A DNA stretch of 64,000 nt from a virus (Duplodnaviria; Caudoviricetes). Under the pieces are notes generated by a model that saw only the letters and a list, made by a program, of their open reading frames with translations, had not been told where the DNA came from and ran no database searches. Shown one piece after another: positions 1-11,301 of the stretch; position 1 is the first letter of the stretch, and the number at the start of each line of letters is the position of its first letter. Position numbers and translations under genes: made by a program. The DNA lies in the IMG/VR virus record IMGVR_UViG_3300032030_000005, positions 128,001 through 192,000 of that record. The stretch is one strand, 5' to 3'.

Positions 1-2
1 AT

Positions 3-3000
3 AATGATAGAAAGTCTATTATACCAAGAAATCCTGAATTAAATGATTATAATGATAGACAATATGAAGATGAATTATTCTTGGATTCTAATGGTAATGT
101 ATCTATGGTTACTAAGGATTATTCTACAAGTAAAGACAATTATTATTTATATAAATTTACTGAAATAATCCAACACTATATGAACTTCTCTGACTACATT
201 GTAGATAGCGAACAATATTTATTCGAAAAGAACTATCAAGAAGTGTTACATTATTATAATATAACAAAAAATCAATATATTGATTTCTTAACAAATGTTA
301 ATAATAAATTAAATAAATCTACTGGTGAGATATATAATCTTATTGATAACATTCAGGAAATCTACTTCAAATCATTTGATGCTGAACTAGAAGATATAAA
401 TGAGTATTTAAATAATGGTGAACAAACTCCATCTTCTCCATCAACACCATCTAACAATTTTAAACGCAGATTATTTAATGATGATGGTATATTATTTGAA
501 TATAAAACTTTCAACATAGCCCATGTAACAGATACTACATTAATATCAGATTTTGAACTTCAAATATTCTCTGAAAATGAATTTGATTATAATCGTGATA
601 AAGATAAACATTATATAGTTACTAATGAATCAATATCTACAGATCCAACTATATATGTAGTACCATTAATTCAGGAAGTCAATAGTGCTAATGTTATAGA
701 ATTAAAGAATTTATTCGTTAAAGATAATTTAAATAAAAAGTTAGTACTTAAACTAAGAGATATTTTTGACAATCCTCATATATCCTCTGCTGAAAATTAT
801 GCTATATATGCAAAGGTTAATTGTAATTTGTATTCGTATGTACTTATATTTAATTTATATAATAGTGAAAACTGTTTATCTTTAAATGATACAAGTGATT
901 TTAAATTATCTTATGCAGATGTATGTGAACGTTCAATAACTAATAATACCAATTCAACAATTACATTTTCTATATCATTTCATAATAATTCTGCTAATAG
1001 AGATACAGATTTAGAACCAGATAAAGTTTATACAACATCAGATTTAGGATTTACATTAGCATCGGGCCAGTTAAATTCTACAATGTGTGTAGAATACCAT
1101 TCAGCTATGGGTATGCATGAAAATAATTCTGAAATAATAACATTACCACCTTATGCATCATGTACTTTTAAAATTTATGGTGGTTTTGCAGATGGTCCAA
1201 TTAAAACAGTAACTCCTAAACCTATAAAATTTGATGATAGTCAAACAACATATGAACAAACATTATTAGAAGTTATTACAAAATATAAATTTATAAGTGG
1301 TACATTAAATATTAAATTACTTTCAATTAATCATGAAGAAGTAGATAATTTATATAATTATAATAATAATGGTGGATTAACAACTATATCGAAAAAATTT
1401 ATTTATATACCTTATCCAACTGTTTTCATTAGTGATTTATATGATGATAATAATCTTTATGATATTATTCAGTATAAAAAAGTTGCTAATTTAACAGATT
1501 CATTATTATTAATTATTAATGATTTAAGTACAAATATTGAAGGTAACTTTACTGTAAATGGTAATCTTAAAAATGTTGAACTTAATTCTGATGAATTTGA
1601 TAGTTATCTACCATTAAGAACGAACCATATATTCTCAACAACAAGACTTCCATCAGATGATAATAACTTTAGTACTAATCCAAATACTTATAATGATAGT
1701 TATAAAATATTATATTCAGATATAACAGCTCTTAATGATACAATTACTTTAGATAGAGTATTTCCGATTATAATATCATCTAATTTAAATACTATTAATA
1801 AACCTTCTTATACTTTCACTATTCATAAAACAGTTTCATTAACAACTAGAACAATATTTAAGAATATTGAAAACTTAACATATCAGACACATGATTTTAA
1901 TAGTCCATACTATCAAACAATATCAGATCTTACAGATATATCTGTATTTGATAATACTAATAATTTATGTGAAGGTTCTATTCATAGTATTCCAGCATCA
2001 CCAGACTTCTATGGTTATAATTCATTATTGAGTAATGCAAATGAATATATTTCAAGTTATATAGAATCTTATCATATTAATGATGAAGATGGTATATTCT
2101 ATATTTATCCAGTAGAAATTTCAACTCTCCCAACACCAAGCTCTAGTACTTTTGAAGGAAATCCAGATACACATGGTACTGTACCAGTTGTAAACTTTAA
2201 TGGCAATGAATATGTAATTATTGATGATCTTGTTACTGGATTATATGACATGCCATTTGATGGAGAACATTTATTAAGAGATCAAATGTTAAACCCTAAT
2301 GGTGATTTTGATAACTTATCAAAAGTTTATAGCTATATTATTGGAAATGTTAATAATTTATATAAAGATCATACTATTGATGTATTAACAGAAAATATTA
2401 GAACTCTTATAAAATCAATTTATAAGATTAAATCTGATTTAGCTACATTACAACAAAATATAAACTATCAAAATACTGAATTAAGTAAAAAAGCTGATGT
2501 TAAAGAATTTAAAGAATGGATAAATGAAAATGTCTTTGCATTAGCAGAATACGAATATAGTATTCAAGAATTATTCGCAGATATTTATTATTTATCCAAT
2601 AAGGGTCTTAAGCCAAGTGAAATAACTAAAGAAATTGATGGTACTATTGATACAACTTTTACAAAAAATATTTCATTACGAGAATCATTACCGTTAATTA
2701 ATGTATATCGTGAATATGCTGATATTAAATATTATTCTGGTGATAATTCTGATAATACAATTATTTTCTATAAAGATAGAATGAGTGGAAGCACAATTTT
2801 TAATACTAATAAAACTAGTCCATTTATTACAACAACCGAACCAGCTAACACTATTCCAATTGGATATACAAATCTTATGGGATATTATTATAAAAAATAT
2901 TGGATTAATTCTATAAGTGATAATGTACATTCAATATGGTATAAGAAAAACTTTATAGAAACTTCAAAATTATATAATATAACACAACCATTACATGAGG

Positions 3001-3032
3001 AAAATAATATTAATTATTATAATCATGCTTAA
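3..3032 (+). CDS. Large hypothetical protein, probably virion structural; 5'-truncated by the window
   Basis: Frame is open from position 3 (NDRKSIIPRNPE...), so the TTG at 81 is not the true start; N/T/D-rich composition like the other structural ORFs. Confidence 0.6.
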   Translation, partial: NDRKSIIPRNPELNDYNDRQYEDELFLDSNGNVSMVTKDYSTSKDNYYLYKFTEIIQHYMNFSDYIVDSEQYLFEKNYQEVLHYYNITKNQYIDFLTNVNNKLNKSTGEIYNLIDNIQEIYFKSFDAELEDINEYLNNGEQTPSSPSTPSNNFKRRLFNDDGILFEYKTFNIAHVTDTTLISDFELQIFSENEFDYNRDKDKHYIVTNESISTDPTIYVVPLIQEVNSANVIELKNLFVKDNLNKKLVLKLRDIFDNPHISSAENYAIYAKVNCNLYSYVLIFNLYNSENCLSLNDTSDFKLSYADVCERSITNNTNSTITFSISFHNNSANRDTDLEPDKVYTTSDLGFTLASGQLNSTMCVEYHSAMGMHENNSEIITLPPYASCTFKIYGGFADGPIKTVTPKPIKFDDSQTTYEQTLLEVITKYKFISGTLNIKLLSINHEEVDNLYNYNNNGGLTTISKKFIYIPYPTVFISDLYDDNNLYDIIQYKKVANLTDSLLLIINDLSTNIEGNFTVNGNLKNVELNSDEFDSYLPLRTNHIFSTTRLPSDDNNFSTNPNTYNDSYKILYSDITALNDTITLDRVFPIIISSNLNTINKPSYTFTIHKTVSLTTRTIFKNIENLTYQTHDFNSPYYQTISDLTDISVFDNTNNLCEGSIHSIPASPDFYGYNSLLSNANEYISSYIESYHINDEDGIFYIYPVEISTLPTPSSSTFEGNPDTHGTVPVVNFNGNEYVIIDDLVTGLYDMPFDGEHLLRDQMLNPNGDFDNLSKVYSYIIGNVNNLYKDHTIDVLTENIRTLIKSIYKIKSDLATLQQNINYQNTELSKKADVKEFKEWINENVFALAEYEYSIQELFADIYYLSNKGLKPSEITKEIDGTIDTTFTKNISLRESLPLINVYREYADIKYYSGDNSDNTIIFYKDRMSGSTIFNTNKTSPFITTTEPANTIPIGYTNLMGYYYKKYWINSISDNVHSIWYKKNFIETSKLYNITQPLHEENNINYYNHA

Positions 3033-3035
3033 AAA

Positions 3036-3080
3036 TAAAGCTTGAACTCTAAATAGGGTTCAAGCTTTAGATTTTTTTTT
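3036..3080 (+). terminator. Intrinsic terminator
   Basis: TAAAGCTTGAACTCT-aaat-AGGGTTCAAGCTTTA stem followed by a T9 tract. Confidence 0.8.
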
Positions 3081-3097
3081 ATAAGGAGATGATTTTT

Positions 3098-5206
3098 ATG
3101 TCATTTAGATTAATATCTGTTCCTTTAAATAAACGAACTGAACAAATTGCAAGAAATAATGAATTAATTACTGATACTGTTCATGGTAATGTAGGTATTA
3201 ATATTATTGATGAAAATAATAAATCTGTATATAATTCTGGAACTGAAAAAATTAAAACAGATATAGATTCATTAAAATTAAGAAATGATATGATGATTAA
3301 AAATCTTTCAAAGATTAATTATGGTTCTGAAAATAATGTAGAAGATAAAGATTTTAATATAACTAAAGCTTTAGAAGATAAAGATATATTAGGTAGCCTT
3401 CAATATATAATAAATCAATATTCACCATATGTAAAAGGATTTAATAGTAAGAATAATGTAGTTTTAAATGAAAGAGCTTTTTCATATAAGAATGATTTAA
3501 AGAAAATAATTAATAAGCTTTATGAACCAAATCCAACTAGTTATGAACATCAATTTAAAGATATTATAAAAAATTACACTAACGATATTGATGATAGTAC
3601 TAATTCTAATAATTTTGGAGACAATTTAAAATTACAGAAAATAATAAATGAAGATATTCCTTTATTATATGATTTAGAATCTAAAATCGTTAATATGGAA
3701 AAAACTATATATTCTATAAATAGAGATCTTAATGATAATATTCCAAATATATTAAAAGACTTAGATTCAGATTTAAAATTATTAAAGTATAGAACTAAAT
3801 CTAAGAAATTTAAATCCTTTAAATTTATGGACGAAAATACTAATCCAATTAAATACTATCAAACTGAAAATACAACTGTTGGATATGAAATGCCTGAAGA
3901 ATTAAAGAACTTTGAAAATCTTTCTAACACTTTTGAAGATAACTTTATAACATCTATTCTTGATGATAATTATGATGGAGATATTAATTTACATAAGATA
4001 GATAGTAAATATAATAATCCAACTTTATATAATAGAACTGATATGACTAGAAGTTATAATTTAGATAAACAAAAGTATTTTTATATACCAGATGTTAATA
4101 CACGTTATAGTTTAGTATATGATCCTATTTTAAAAAGACCTATATATAGAACTAAAACGATTGATGATATATATACAACGCCACAAAGCAATCAAAACTA
4201 TAATTCTGATACAGCCATGAATATAAGTTTTTATAATAATGAAAACAATTATATCTTACAAAATATAATGACTAATGATACAGATTTAGTTACATTTGAA
4301 TGTAAAAATATGAAAGATTTAACAAAAATATTTAGATTTCAACCAGATATATCTCATACTATTGGTGTTAATAAATTTGATATCGCTGGATATTATTTTC
4401 CAACAGTATATCATTATTCTGGATTTAATAATTTAGATGTATCAACAGCATTTAATTTTGACTTTAATTCTTATAATTTTGATTATTTTATCGCACCATC
4501 AATAATGACAAATAATATATTATCAGATACTACAAAAATTAATATATTAATTAGAGATACATTAATTGTATATAATGATTCAAGTTCAGATGATGATTTT
4601 GAAATTAATCAAGTATTCTATACAAATAAAAATAATAATCGTTTATCTTTAAATAATAGACGTATTTTAGCTCATAATTATTATTCTGGTGTAAATGTTA
4701 CATCTACTGAATGCACAGGTCTATCGATAGATGATGTTAAAAATGATTTTAATACATATATATCATCATTATCTAATACATTAGATACATTAATAGATGA
4801 TATTGATAATGATGAATATTGTTATCCAAAAATATCTGATACTGATATATTGATAGATGATACTAGTAATTATACGATTATGGGTACAATTGATTATTTA
4901 AGTAATAATTTATCATTATTAGGTATTAGTTATAACTTTGATGATAATATTGATTATGAAAGATTTAATACATCCAGAATATCACAGAATAAAATTGAAC
5001 TTACATATGATGATGTAACTACTAATCCAAGTACAACACATACATTAATATATACATTTACTGATGGGTTTGATGCATCTACTAATTTTACAATTAAAGA
5101 TGCTTTTGTAGATATTATTAATGCATATAATGTAACATCAATACCAATAGATAAATCAACATTAATACTTAATATAAACCATAATTTAAGCACTATAACA
5201 TTTTAA
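3098..5206 (+). CDS. Hypothetical virion/tail-associated protein
   Basis: Long ORF; AAGGAG at 3083-3088 fits ATG 3098 better than 3089; N-terminal NELITDTVHGNVGI motif followed by a coiled-coil region. Confidence 0.55.
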   Translation: MSFRLISVPLNKRTEQIARNNELITDTVHGNVGINIIDENNKSVYNSGTEKIKTDIDSLKLRNDMMIKNLSKINYGSENNVEDKDFNITKALEDKDILGSLQYIINQYSPYVKGFNSKNNVVLNERAFSYKNDLKKIINKLYEPNPTSYEHQFKDIIKNYTNDIDDSTNSNNFGDNLKLQKIINEDIPLLYDLESKIVNMEKTIYSINRDLNDNIPNILKDLDSDLKLLKYRTKSKKFKSFKFMDENTNPIKYYQTENTTVGYEMPEELKNFENLSNTFEDNFITSILDDNYDGDINLHKIDSKYNNPTLYNRTDMTRSYNLDKQKYFYIPDVNTRYSLVYDPILKRPIYRTKTIDDIYTTPQSNQNYNSDTAMNISFYNNENNYILQNIMTNDTDLVTFECKNMKDLTKIFRFQPDISHTIGVNKFDIAGYYFPTVYHYSGFNNLDVSTAFNFDFNSYNFDYFIAPSIMTNNILSDTTKINILIRDTLIVYNDSSSDDDFEINQVFYTNKNNNRLSLNNRRILAHNYYSGVNVTSTECTGLSIDDVKNDFNTYISSLSNTLDTLIDDIDNDEYCYPKISDTDILIDDTSNYTIMGTIDYLSNNLSLLGISYNFDDNIDYERFNTSRISQNKIELTYDDVTTNPSTTHTLIYTFTDGFDASTNFTIKDAFVDIINAYNVTSIPIDKSTLILNINHNLSTITF

Positions 5207-5226
5207 TTGAAAGGAGATAATATAAT

Positions 5227-6147
5227 ATGCCTAGATATAGTTATAAACCACTCGTTGGTTATTTTCCGGGTAAAACTCCTGAAGAAACTGAAGCTAGTAA
5301 ATATGACTTTATACAAGCATATAAGGATTCTTTAACTTCTGGTGAATTATTAGTAGACTTATATAATTATGAAATATACGTAGCTAATAATGGATTAGAA
5401 TATCCAGTACCATCCACTCCAGAATTAAAGAAAGAGATTATAGAATGGATAGAAAGTGATAATGGACCACTTGGAGCATTACAAAAGAATGAATTATTAA
5501 ATGAACAGACGGATGATCCTAGTGATAGCACATTAAAAAGAAAAAAGATCAAGTTACAATTAATGATTAATCAAGTTGAAGCTTATAATAAAGCTTGTAA
5601 GGAAGCTATTGATGCTGATTTAAATAAAGTAGAACGTGTTAATAGAGAAATATCAAACTGGTATGAAAATTTAGCATCATTTACTAAAAAATTAGTATAT
5701 TCTAAAAATATGAGTGGTAATGAAGTAGAAAAAGTAGCTTATATGGTAACTGCTAAATATATAGATTTATACAGACGAATGTTAAATATTTTTAATTTTA
5801 TAAAAAGTATGGGTGTTACTACAGAAATAGATCCAGAAGATATTATTGAAAATTATGATAAAACAATTAAAGATATTTTCCATGAATTAGTAAATAATCA
5901 AATATCTATTGAAAGTAAATTGGATATTACTGAGATTAAAGATAAAGATGGCTATAAAGTACCTGATTATCAATTTAATGTAAGATTTAAAGCTCCATAT
6001 ACTACTGCCGAAAATGAATTAGCTAATAAGCTTACTACATTAAAACGTCTTAACGATGATTCTTATACTAATAACAGATTTGAAAATAGTATATCCTCTA
6101 ATAATGATATTATTACTATGAGAATAAAACAGAAGGAGGCGAATTAA
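5227..6147 (+). CDS. Hypothetical coiled-coil protein, tail-fibre-associated N-terminal motif
   Basis: AAGGAG RBS; GELLVDLYNYEIYV motif; heptad-rich middle. Confidence 0.55.
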   Translation: MPRYSYKPLVGYFPGKTPEETEASKYDFIQAYKDSLTSGELLVDLYNYEIYVANNGLEYPVPSTPELKKEIIEWIESDNGPLGALQKNELLNEQTDDPSDSTLKRKKIKLQLMINQVEAYNKACKEAIDADLNKVERVNREISNWYENLASFTKKLVYSKNMSGNEVEKVAYMVTAKYIDLYRRMLNIFNFIKSMGVTTEIDPEDIIENYDKTIKDIFHELVNNQISIESKLDITEIKDKDGYKVPDYQFNVRFKAPYTTAENELANKLTTLKRLNDDSYTNNRFENSISSNNDIITMRIKQKEAN

Positions 6148-6149
6148 TA

Positions 6150-7868
6150 ATGGATAATAAAATAAGACAGGTATTATCTAATTCTACTAGAAAATCAATA
6201 ATCGGTCCAAAAATTATATCAAGATCTATTGATTATGAATATGAGCCTTCTAATAAAAATGATCCTAAATTCATAATGATTATTGAAAATAAAATGAATT
6301 TTAATTATAAAGTGGATTATGAAGATACAAATCCTAATTCAATATACAATGTTTTTAATGCTTTTAATTATTATCATTCATTAAAGATTAAAGATATTGT
6401 TGATAACAGCAAAAATGTTAGTGATATAAAAACTAATAACTTTAATTTTGCATATCATTATTTTATAGATAAAAAAGGTAATATTTATGAGGGAAGACCT
6501 TTTGAATTAAAAGCTTTTAATTTAGATTTATATGAATATAATGTAGATTGGTTTAACGATCCAGCTAATAAATCATATGATACTATTGTTATAGATGGAG
6601 TTGAAGAACAAAAAAGACATCTTCCATTATTAAATCAAAATGATCTTTTATTCAACGATTGTATTATTATTGAGTGTGAAGAAGCTACACACTCAATAGA
6701 TACTACAAATGCTACGTATTCAGCATTAAAATCTCTTATAGTATATTTAAAGCAAACTTATAGTTTTAAGAAATTCTATGGATATAATGAATTAATGCAA
6801 ATACCTTTTATACAGACAGATACATCTGTAGAAGATATCTATTATTATAATAATCCGGGACTATTCTTTAAGATTAATGAATTACATTCATCAATTGATA
6901 ATACTTCTATTAAGGGTGCTAGATTAAATACAGATAATGATATTATAATTTATAGCTATGGAAAAAGAAAATTACAATATTACAATATAAATCCAATGTC
7001 TGGTAATGATGTAATAATGCTTCAAAAGATGTTATACAAATTAAAATTAATAAAGAAATATTCATATATAACTGGTATATATGATAAATTTACTGAAGAA
7101 GCTGTAAAAGCTTTTCAGACAAAATATTACATTAAACCCGAAAGTAAATATGGTATTGCTGACATAAATACTTTAAATACCTTAAGAAGTCTTATATATA
7201 ATGAAAAAATGGATAATAGTAAGCTTATTGATGATAAATATAAGCCTAATAGAGTCTTAGAATATAATGAAATAAATCCTATGACTGGTTTTGATATACA
7301 ATTAATACAGAATAAATTAAAGCAAATAATTTATCCTATATTAGAACCTAATGGTATATTTGATGGATACACTAAAGATGCAGTTTCTATGTTCCAAAGC
7401 AAATATGCAATATTTACTGATAGTAATATGATAGATGGTAAAATAGGCCCAGCTACTTGGAGAGCTATTTTAGAATGTAAAGATGTCTTATATATTAACG
7501 ATGGATCAGATTATGATGACATGTATGTTTTATATTCTATAACACCTACGCATTGTGCTGTAAGCAAAACTAATATGATTTATTTACAGAAAGCTCTTAA
7601 TGCTATGCTTAAAAAATATAAGGTTGAAATTCCATTAACTGGCGGATATGATGAGTTAACACAGAAATATATACGTATTATTAATGAAAATGAAAATAAT
7701 AGAAAAATTATTGGTCTTGATAAATATATAAATAGAACTAATAATGAGCCTTTAGATTGGAATGACGATTATACTCTTAAGACCTGTTATCCAGCTGAAT
7801 TTATTTGGTTAATAAAACATTATCTTTTAAATGAAGAAATAGAATTAGAATTAGTTCGTCAGAATTAA
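6150..7868 (+). CDS. PGRP/amidase_2-fold protein (apparently catalytically degenerate) with tandem PG_binding_1 domains
   Basis: AYHYFIDKKGNIYEGRP amidase signature; repeats GNDVIMLQKML..ITGIYDKFTEEAVKAFQ and GFDIQLIQNKL..NGIFDGYTKDAVSMFQ..IDGKIGPATW. Confidence 0.8.
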   Translation: MDNKIRQVLSNSTRKSIIGPKIISRSIDYEYEPSNKNDPKFIMIIENKMNFNYKVDYEDTNPNSIYNVFNAFNYYHSLKIKDIVDNSKNVSDIKTNNFNFAYHYFIDKKGNIYEGRPFELKAFNLDLYEYNVDWFNDPANKSYDTIVIDGVEEQKRHLPLLNQNDLLFNDCIIIECEEATHSIDTTNATYSALKSLIVYLKQTYSFKKFYGYNELMQIPFIQTDTSVEDIYYYNNPGLFFKINELHSSIDNTSIKGARLNTDNDIIIYSYGKRKLQYYNINPMSGNDVIMLQKMLYKLKLIKKYSYITGIYDKFTEEAVKAFQTKYYIKPESKYGIADINTLNTLRSLIYNEKMDNSKLIDDKYKPNRVLEYNEINPMTGFDIQLIQNKLKQIIYPILEPNGIFDGYTKDAVSMFQSKYAIFTDSNMIDGKIGPATWRAILECKDVLYINDGSDYDDMYVLYSITPTHCAVSKTNMIYLQKALNAMLKKYKVEIPLTGGYDELTQKYIRIINENENNRKIIGLDKYINRTNNEPLDWNDDYTLKTCYPAEFIWLIKHYLLNEEIELELVRQN

Positions 7869-7890
7869 AATTTTAATTTTTAATTGAAAA

Positions 7891-7900
7891 TATATATTAT
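7891..7900 (+). promoter_or_regulatory. Putative early phage promoter TATATATTAT (representative copy)
   Basis: Same 10-mer lies intergenically upstream of genes or RNAs at + 9426, 12933, 15132, 17278, 17947, 36336, 36834, 62797 and - 22323, 23837, 32030, 43581 (9/10); resembles the phiKZ early motif TATATTAC. Confidence 0.65.
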
Positions 7901-7932
7901 ATACTTGCATAAAATATAAAGGAGGATAACTT

Positions 7933-9357
7933 ATGCACTTTAATATCTTAAACTTTGATACTATTTTTAATCCCGATTATGTAATTAGTTCTACTGATTA
8001 TATAACAAACATTGGAAAGACTAAAGAAGTCTTTAACGATGATGGATTATTCTCCGAACGAATATTCGGAGAAAATTCAGATGATACACCAATTGATAGA
8101 GTTGGTTGGATTGTATTTGAAAAATTTAAGATAATTAGTCCTCTATTTTATGAGAGAATGAAAAAGGTGTTCACTAACAAACGTTTAAATGCAATGTTAA
8201 CGTTTGAAATCAAAACAGACAAGAATGGTAATTTGATAAGTGATGAAGATTCTTTGTTTGTTAAACCAGACAAGAATGGTGAATATCCAGATACGTTTGA
8301 TCCTCAGAATATTGGACTTCCGGGATTCATTAAACATTTCGAAGAAATACTAGATCTCTATGGTAATAAAGATGTACCAGAGTATGCAGTAGTAAAAAAT
8401 GCTTATGATAATGGATTACTCTTTATTGACAAAATGCCGGTCATATCCTCTAAACTCAGACCGGGTAAAATTATTAAAGGCTCTAAAAATAAAAATAAGA
8501 ACAATCAGAGAGCCACAAAAACAATTGTAAAGTATGATGATATTAACGGTCATTATAACTTCATATTACAGTATAGTAATACAATAAAAGAATTATTAGA
8601 AATGCATTCATTTACATCTATAGATGATTTAAATGATCAGTTTGAAGAAGACAAATTAAATGCAAATGATACTGTATATGGAATTTATAAAATATTATAT
8701 TCTTTACAAGAAGAAGCATATCAAATTATAGTATATATTATCAACAACTTTTTAAAAGATAAAAAGGGTGTACTGAGAAAATTAATAGCTTCTACACGAG
8801 TAAACTATTCAGCCAGAAATGTATTAACTCCTAGACTTAAGGGTAAAATTGACGAAGTTGAATTACCTTATTTAACATTCTTAGAGTTATATAGATTTCC
8901 ATTAACAAATCTTATAGTAAAGGCTGAAGGTATAACATATAATGAAGCTGATGAATACATTCAGAATTGTAAAAGAAGATTTGACAATAAATTATTTAAA
9001 TATATGAGAGAACTTATTGTCAATAGCAAGAAAGTAGAAAATCCTATCTCAATACTTCTTAATCGAAACCCATCCATAGCTATTGGGTCTATTCTTGAAT
9101 TAGAAGTAGCGAGAGTTAAAGATAATTTCAATGACTTAACTATATCTGTAAGTAACAATATTCTTACTAACCTTAATGCCGATTATGACGGTGATGTATT
9201 GAATATATTCGCTCTTTTAACTAAGGAAGAGAAAGAATACTTCAAGAGACTTAAGCCTTCTAATCTTATTATAGATAAGAATAATGGAAAATTTGATAGA
9301 GGATTTAGTATAGGTCATGATGGTCGTATTGGACTTGAAATATTGACTAAGATTTAA
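7933..9357 (+). CDS. rpoC: Phage multisubunit RNA polymerase beta' N-terminal/catalytic subunit (likely non-virion RNAP)
   Basis: DGLFSERIFG, RVNYSARNVLTP, LLNRNPSI and catalytic NADYDGD motifs; preceded by the early-type motif. Confidence 0.9.
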   Translation: MHFNILNFDTIFNPDYVISSTDYITNIGKTKEVFNDDGLFSERIFGENSDDTPIDRVGWIVFEKFKIISPLFYERMKKVFTNKRLNAMLTFEIKTDKNGNLISDEDSLFVKPDKNGEYPDTFDPQNIGLPGFIKHFEEILDLYGNKDVPEYAVVKNAYDNGLLFIDKMPVISSKLRPGKIIKGSKNKNKNNQRATKTIVKYDDINGHYNFILQYSNTIKELLEMHSFTSIDDLNDQFEEDKLNANDTVYGIYKILYSLQEEAYQIIVYIINNFLKDKKGVLRKLIASTRVNYSARNVLTPRLKGKIDEVELPYLTFLELYRFPLTNLIVKAEGITYNEADEYIQNCKRRFDNKLFKYMRELIVNSKKVENPISILLNRNPSIAIGSILELEVARVKDNFNDLTISVSNNILTNLNADYDGDVLNIFALLTKEEKEYFKRLKPSNLIIDKNNGKFDRGFSIGHDGRIGLEILTKI

Positions 9358-9362
9358 ATATA

Positions 9363-9403
9363 ATAAAGCTTAAAGACATTATAGTCTTTAAGCTTTATTT
9401 TTT
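9363..9403 (+). terminator. Intrinsic terminator
   Basis: ATAAAGCTTAAAGAC-attata-GTCTTTAAGCTTTAT plus T tract. Confidence 0.8.
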
Positions 9404-9505
9404 AATTTTTATTCTAATATTTAATTATATATTATATAAATGTGTATATAGAAATATATACTAAGATAAATAATAAAATTTAAAAATGAAAAGGAGTTGA
9501 ATTAA

Positions 9506-10144
9506 ATGCCACGAAGAAACAAAAGAAAGAAGTTGAAGCCCATAAATCTCAATAATATTCCTTTAAGAGAATTAAATAAGATTATTGATGATGATGTTGT
9601 TATTAAACGAGAAATCAGCAATATCAAATCTAATATTGAAAAGGAAAATGAGGAGATATACCAGCTTCGAAAGGAGAAGGTAACTGTTCTCGAAACTTTA
9701 GTTGATAAGATGTTATTGGATAAGGAAATGACTACCCTAATTAGTCAGTATATTGAATTATCAGATAATATTAGAACTAGAGAACTAAAGAACAGTAATC
9801 GTCGTGCTGATCTTAATTTCAAGAAAGAAAAGATTGGTTACGATGATGAAAAGGATGAAATTATTCATCCAGAGAAAAACTTTTTGACTGCTGATGACAG
9901 TTCAGAACATTACATAGGACTATACAATAAAATATGTCATAGTCCTGTAGCTAAATGTCTAAAGAAGAATGTATATCTTTCTGATTTAGATATTAGATGT
10001 AAGAAATGTCTGAAGCAGAGAAACCATCAGATGTGTAAACATCTGGCATTCTTAAAAGATGATGGTTTAATTTCAAATAGTCATTCATCTTATGAGAATG
10101 AAGAAGATTATGAAGAAAATGATGAAAATTACGAGGAGGACTAA
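9506..10144 (+). CDS. Hypothetical protein (basic N-terminus, coiled coil, Cys/His cluster, acidic tail)
   Basis: ORF with AAGGAG RBS. Confidence 0.6.
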   Translation: MPRRNKRKKLKPINLNNIPLRELNKIIDDDVVIKREISNIKSNIEKENEEIYQLRKEKVTVLETLVDKMLLDKEMTTLISQYIELSDNIRTRELKNSNRRADLNFKKEKIGYDDEKDEIIHPEKNFLTADDSSEHYIGLYNKICHSPVAKCLKKNVYLSDLDIRCKKCLKQRNHQMCKHLAFLKDDGLISNSHSSYENEEDYEENDENYEED

Positions 10145-10146
10145 GT

Positions 10147-10695
10147 ATGAAAAAGATTTTAGCCTTATGTGGAGCTACTTCTAGTGGAAAAACTTATATT
10201 AAGGATTTGCTCTGTAATCCAGATAAAGATATTAATTTTGTGTTTCATGCACCAATTCAGGTAACAACTAGACTTAAAAGAGCTAGTGAACCACTATCAA
10301 CATATAGATACGTAACTCAGGAAGAATATGATGAGTTTGAAAGAGATGGAATACTTACAGCTCAGACATATTTTAATGGAAATAGTTATGGTACATTGAT
10401 GTCGAATTTTATTGTGGGCAAAAATGCTTATAATATCATTTTATGCTCCGCAGAAGGGCTAAATAATCTTAAAAAAAGATTCAAGGATGATGTAACAGTT
10501 AGCATTGAAACAGCATTAGTCCTTAGTGACTTTAATGAAAAACTGATCAATGATCATAACAGAACAATGGAATTTGTAAAAGAAGAATTTATTGGATTAG
10601 CTCAGCAAGAATATGATTATTATATTAGGAATTATTCAGACAATAGAGCTACACTTAATAGTGTTCTTCACGATATTGATAAATGGTTTGCATAA
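10147..10695 (+). CDS. gmk: Guanylate-kinase-like nucleoside monophosphate kinase
   Basis: P-loop GATSSGKT, TTRLKR..E..YRYVTQEE, YGT motifs. Confidence 0.75.
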   Translation: MKKILALCGATSSGKTYIKDLLCNPDKDINFVFHAPIQVTTRLKRASEPLSTYRYVTQEEYDEFERDGILTAQTYFNGNSYGTLMSNFIVGKNAYNIILCSAEGLNNLKKRFKDDVTVSIETALVLSDFNEKLINDHNRTMEFVKEEFIGLAQQEYDYYIRNYSDNRATLNSVLHDIDKWFA

Positions 10696-11285
10696 TGAAA
10701 GAGATATACATATTTTCAGATGGTGGAAGCTTTAACAATGGCTTTAAAGATCCAGATAAGCCAATGTACGGATCTTATGGTTCTATTATTGTTAAGGACA
10801 ATAAGATAGTATATCAGTTCTCAGACTGGTATGAGAATATCACTAATAATCAAGGGGAACTTTATGGATTTATTAAAGCTTATATAGAATTCTTAAAGCA
10901 CTATAAATCTAAAGAACCTTATAAGGTTATAGTAGTATCTGATTCTCAGTATTTAATAAATGGAGTTAATAAATATTTAGAGAATTGGAAAAAGAAAAAC
11001 TGGCATACAGCTTCAGGTGATGATGTTAAAAATTTAGAATTATGGAAAATCATCGATTTCTTAATAAATTTTGAACCAAACATCACTTTAGAATTTGTTT
11101 GGCAGAAAGGTCATAAGGGTAAAAAGGTGACCTTAGAAGAGAATCCATTAATATACTTCAATGAAGTATGTGATTCTTTAGCAACAGATCAAATCAATAA
11201 GGCTGTTAAAGAAGGAGAAAATTATATTCCTCCAGATGTATTTAAGAACCTTATTGATAATTTAATAAAAAAATTTAATCTTTAA
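10695..11285 (+). CDS. rnhA: Ribonuclease HI
   Basis: IFSDGG, TNNQGEL, SDSQY, VKNLELW, WQKGH, NEVCDSLA motifs; start MKEIYIF overlaps the previous stop. Confidence 0.9.
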   Translation: MKEIYIFSDGGSFNNGFKDPDKPMYGSYGSIIVKDNKIVYQFSDWYENITNNQGELYGFIKAYIEFLKHYKSKEPYKVIVVSDSQYLINGVNKYLENWKKKNWHTASGDDVKNLELWKIIDFLINFEPNITLEFVWQKGHKGKKVTLEENPLIYFNEVCDSLATDQINKAVKEGENYIPPDVFKNLIDNLIKKFNL

Positions 11286-11301
11286 TAACGGGGGAAGAAA
11301 A

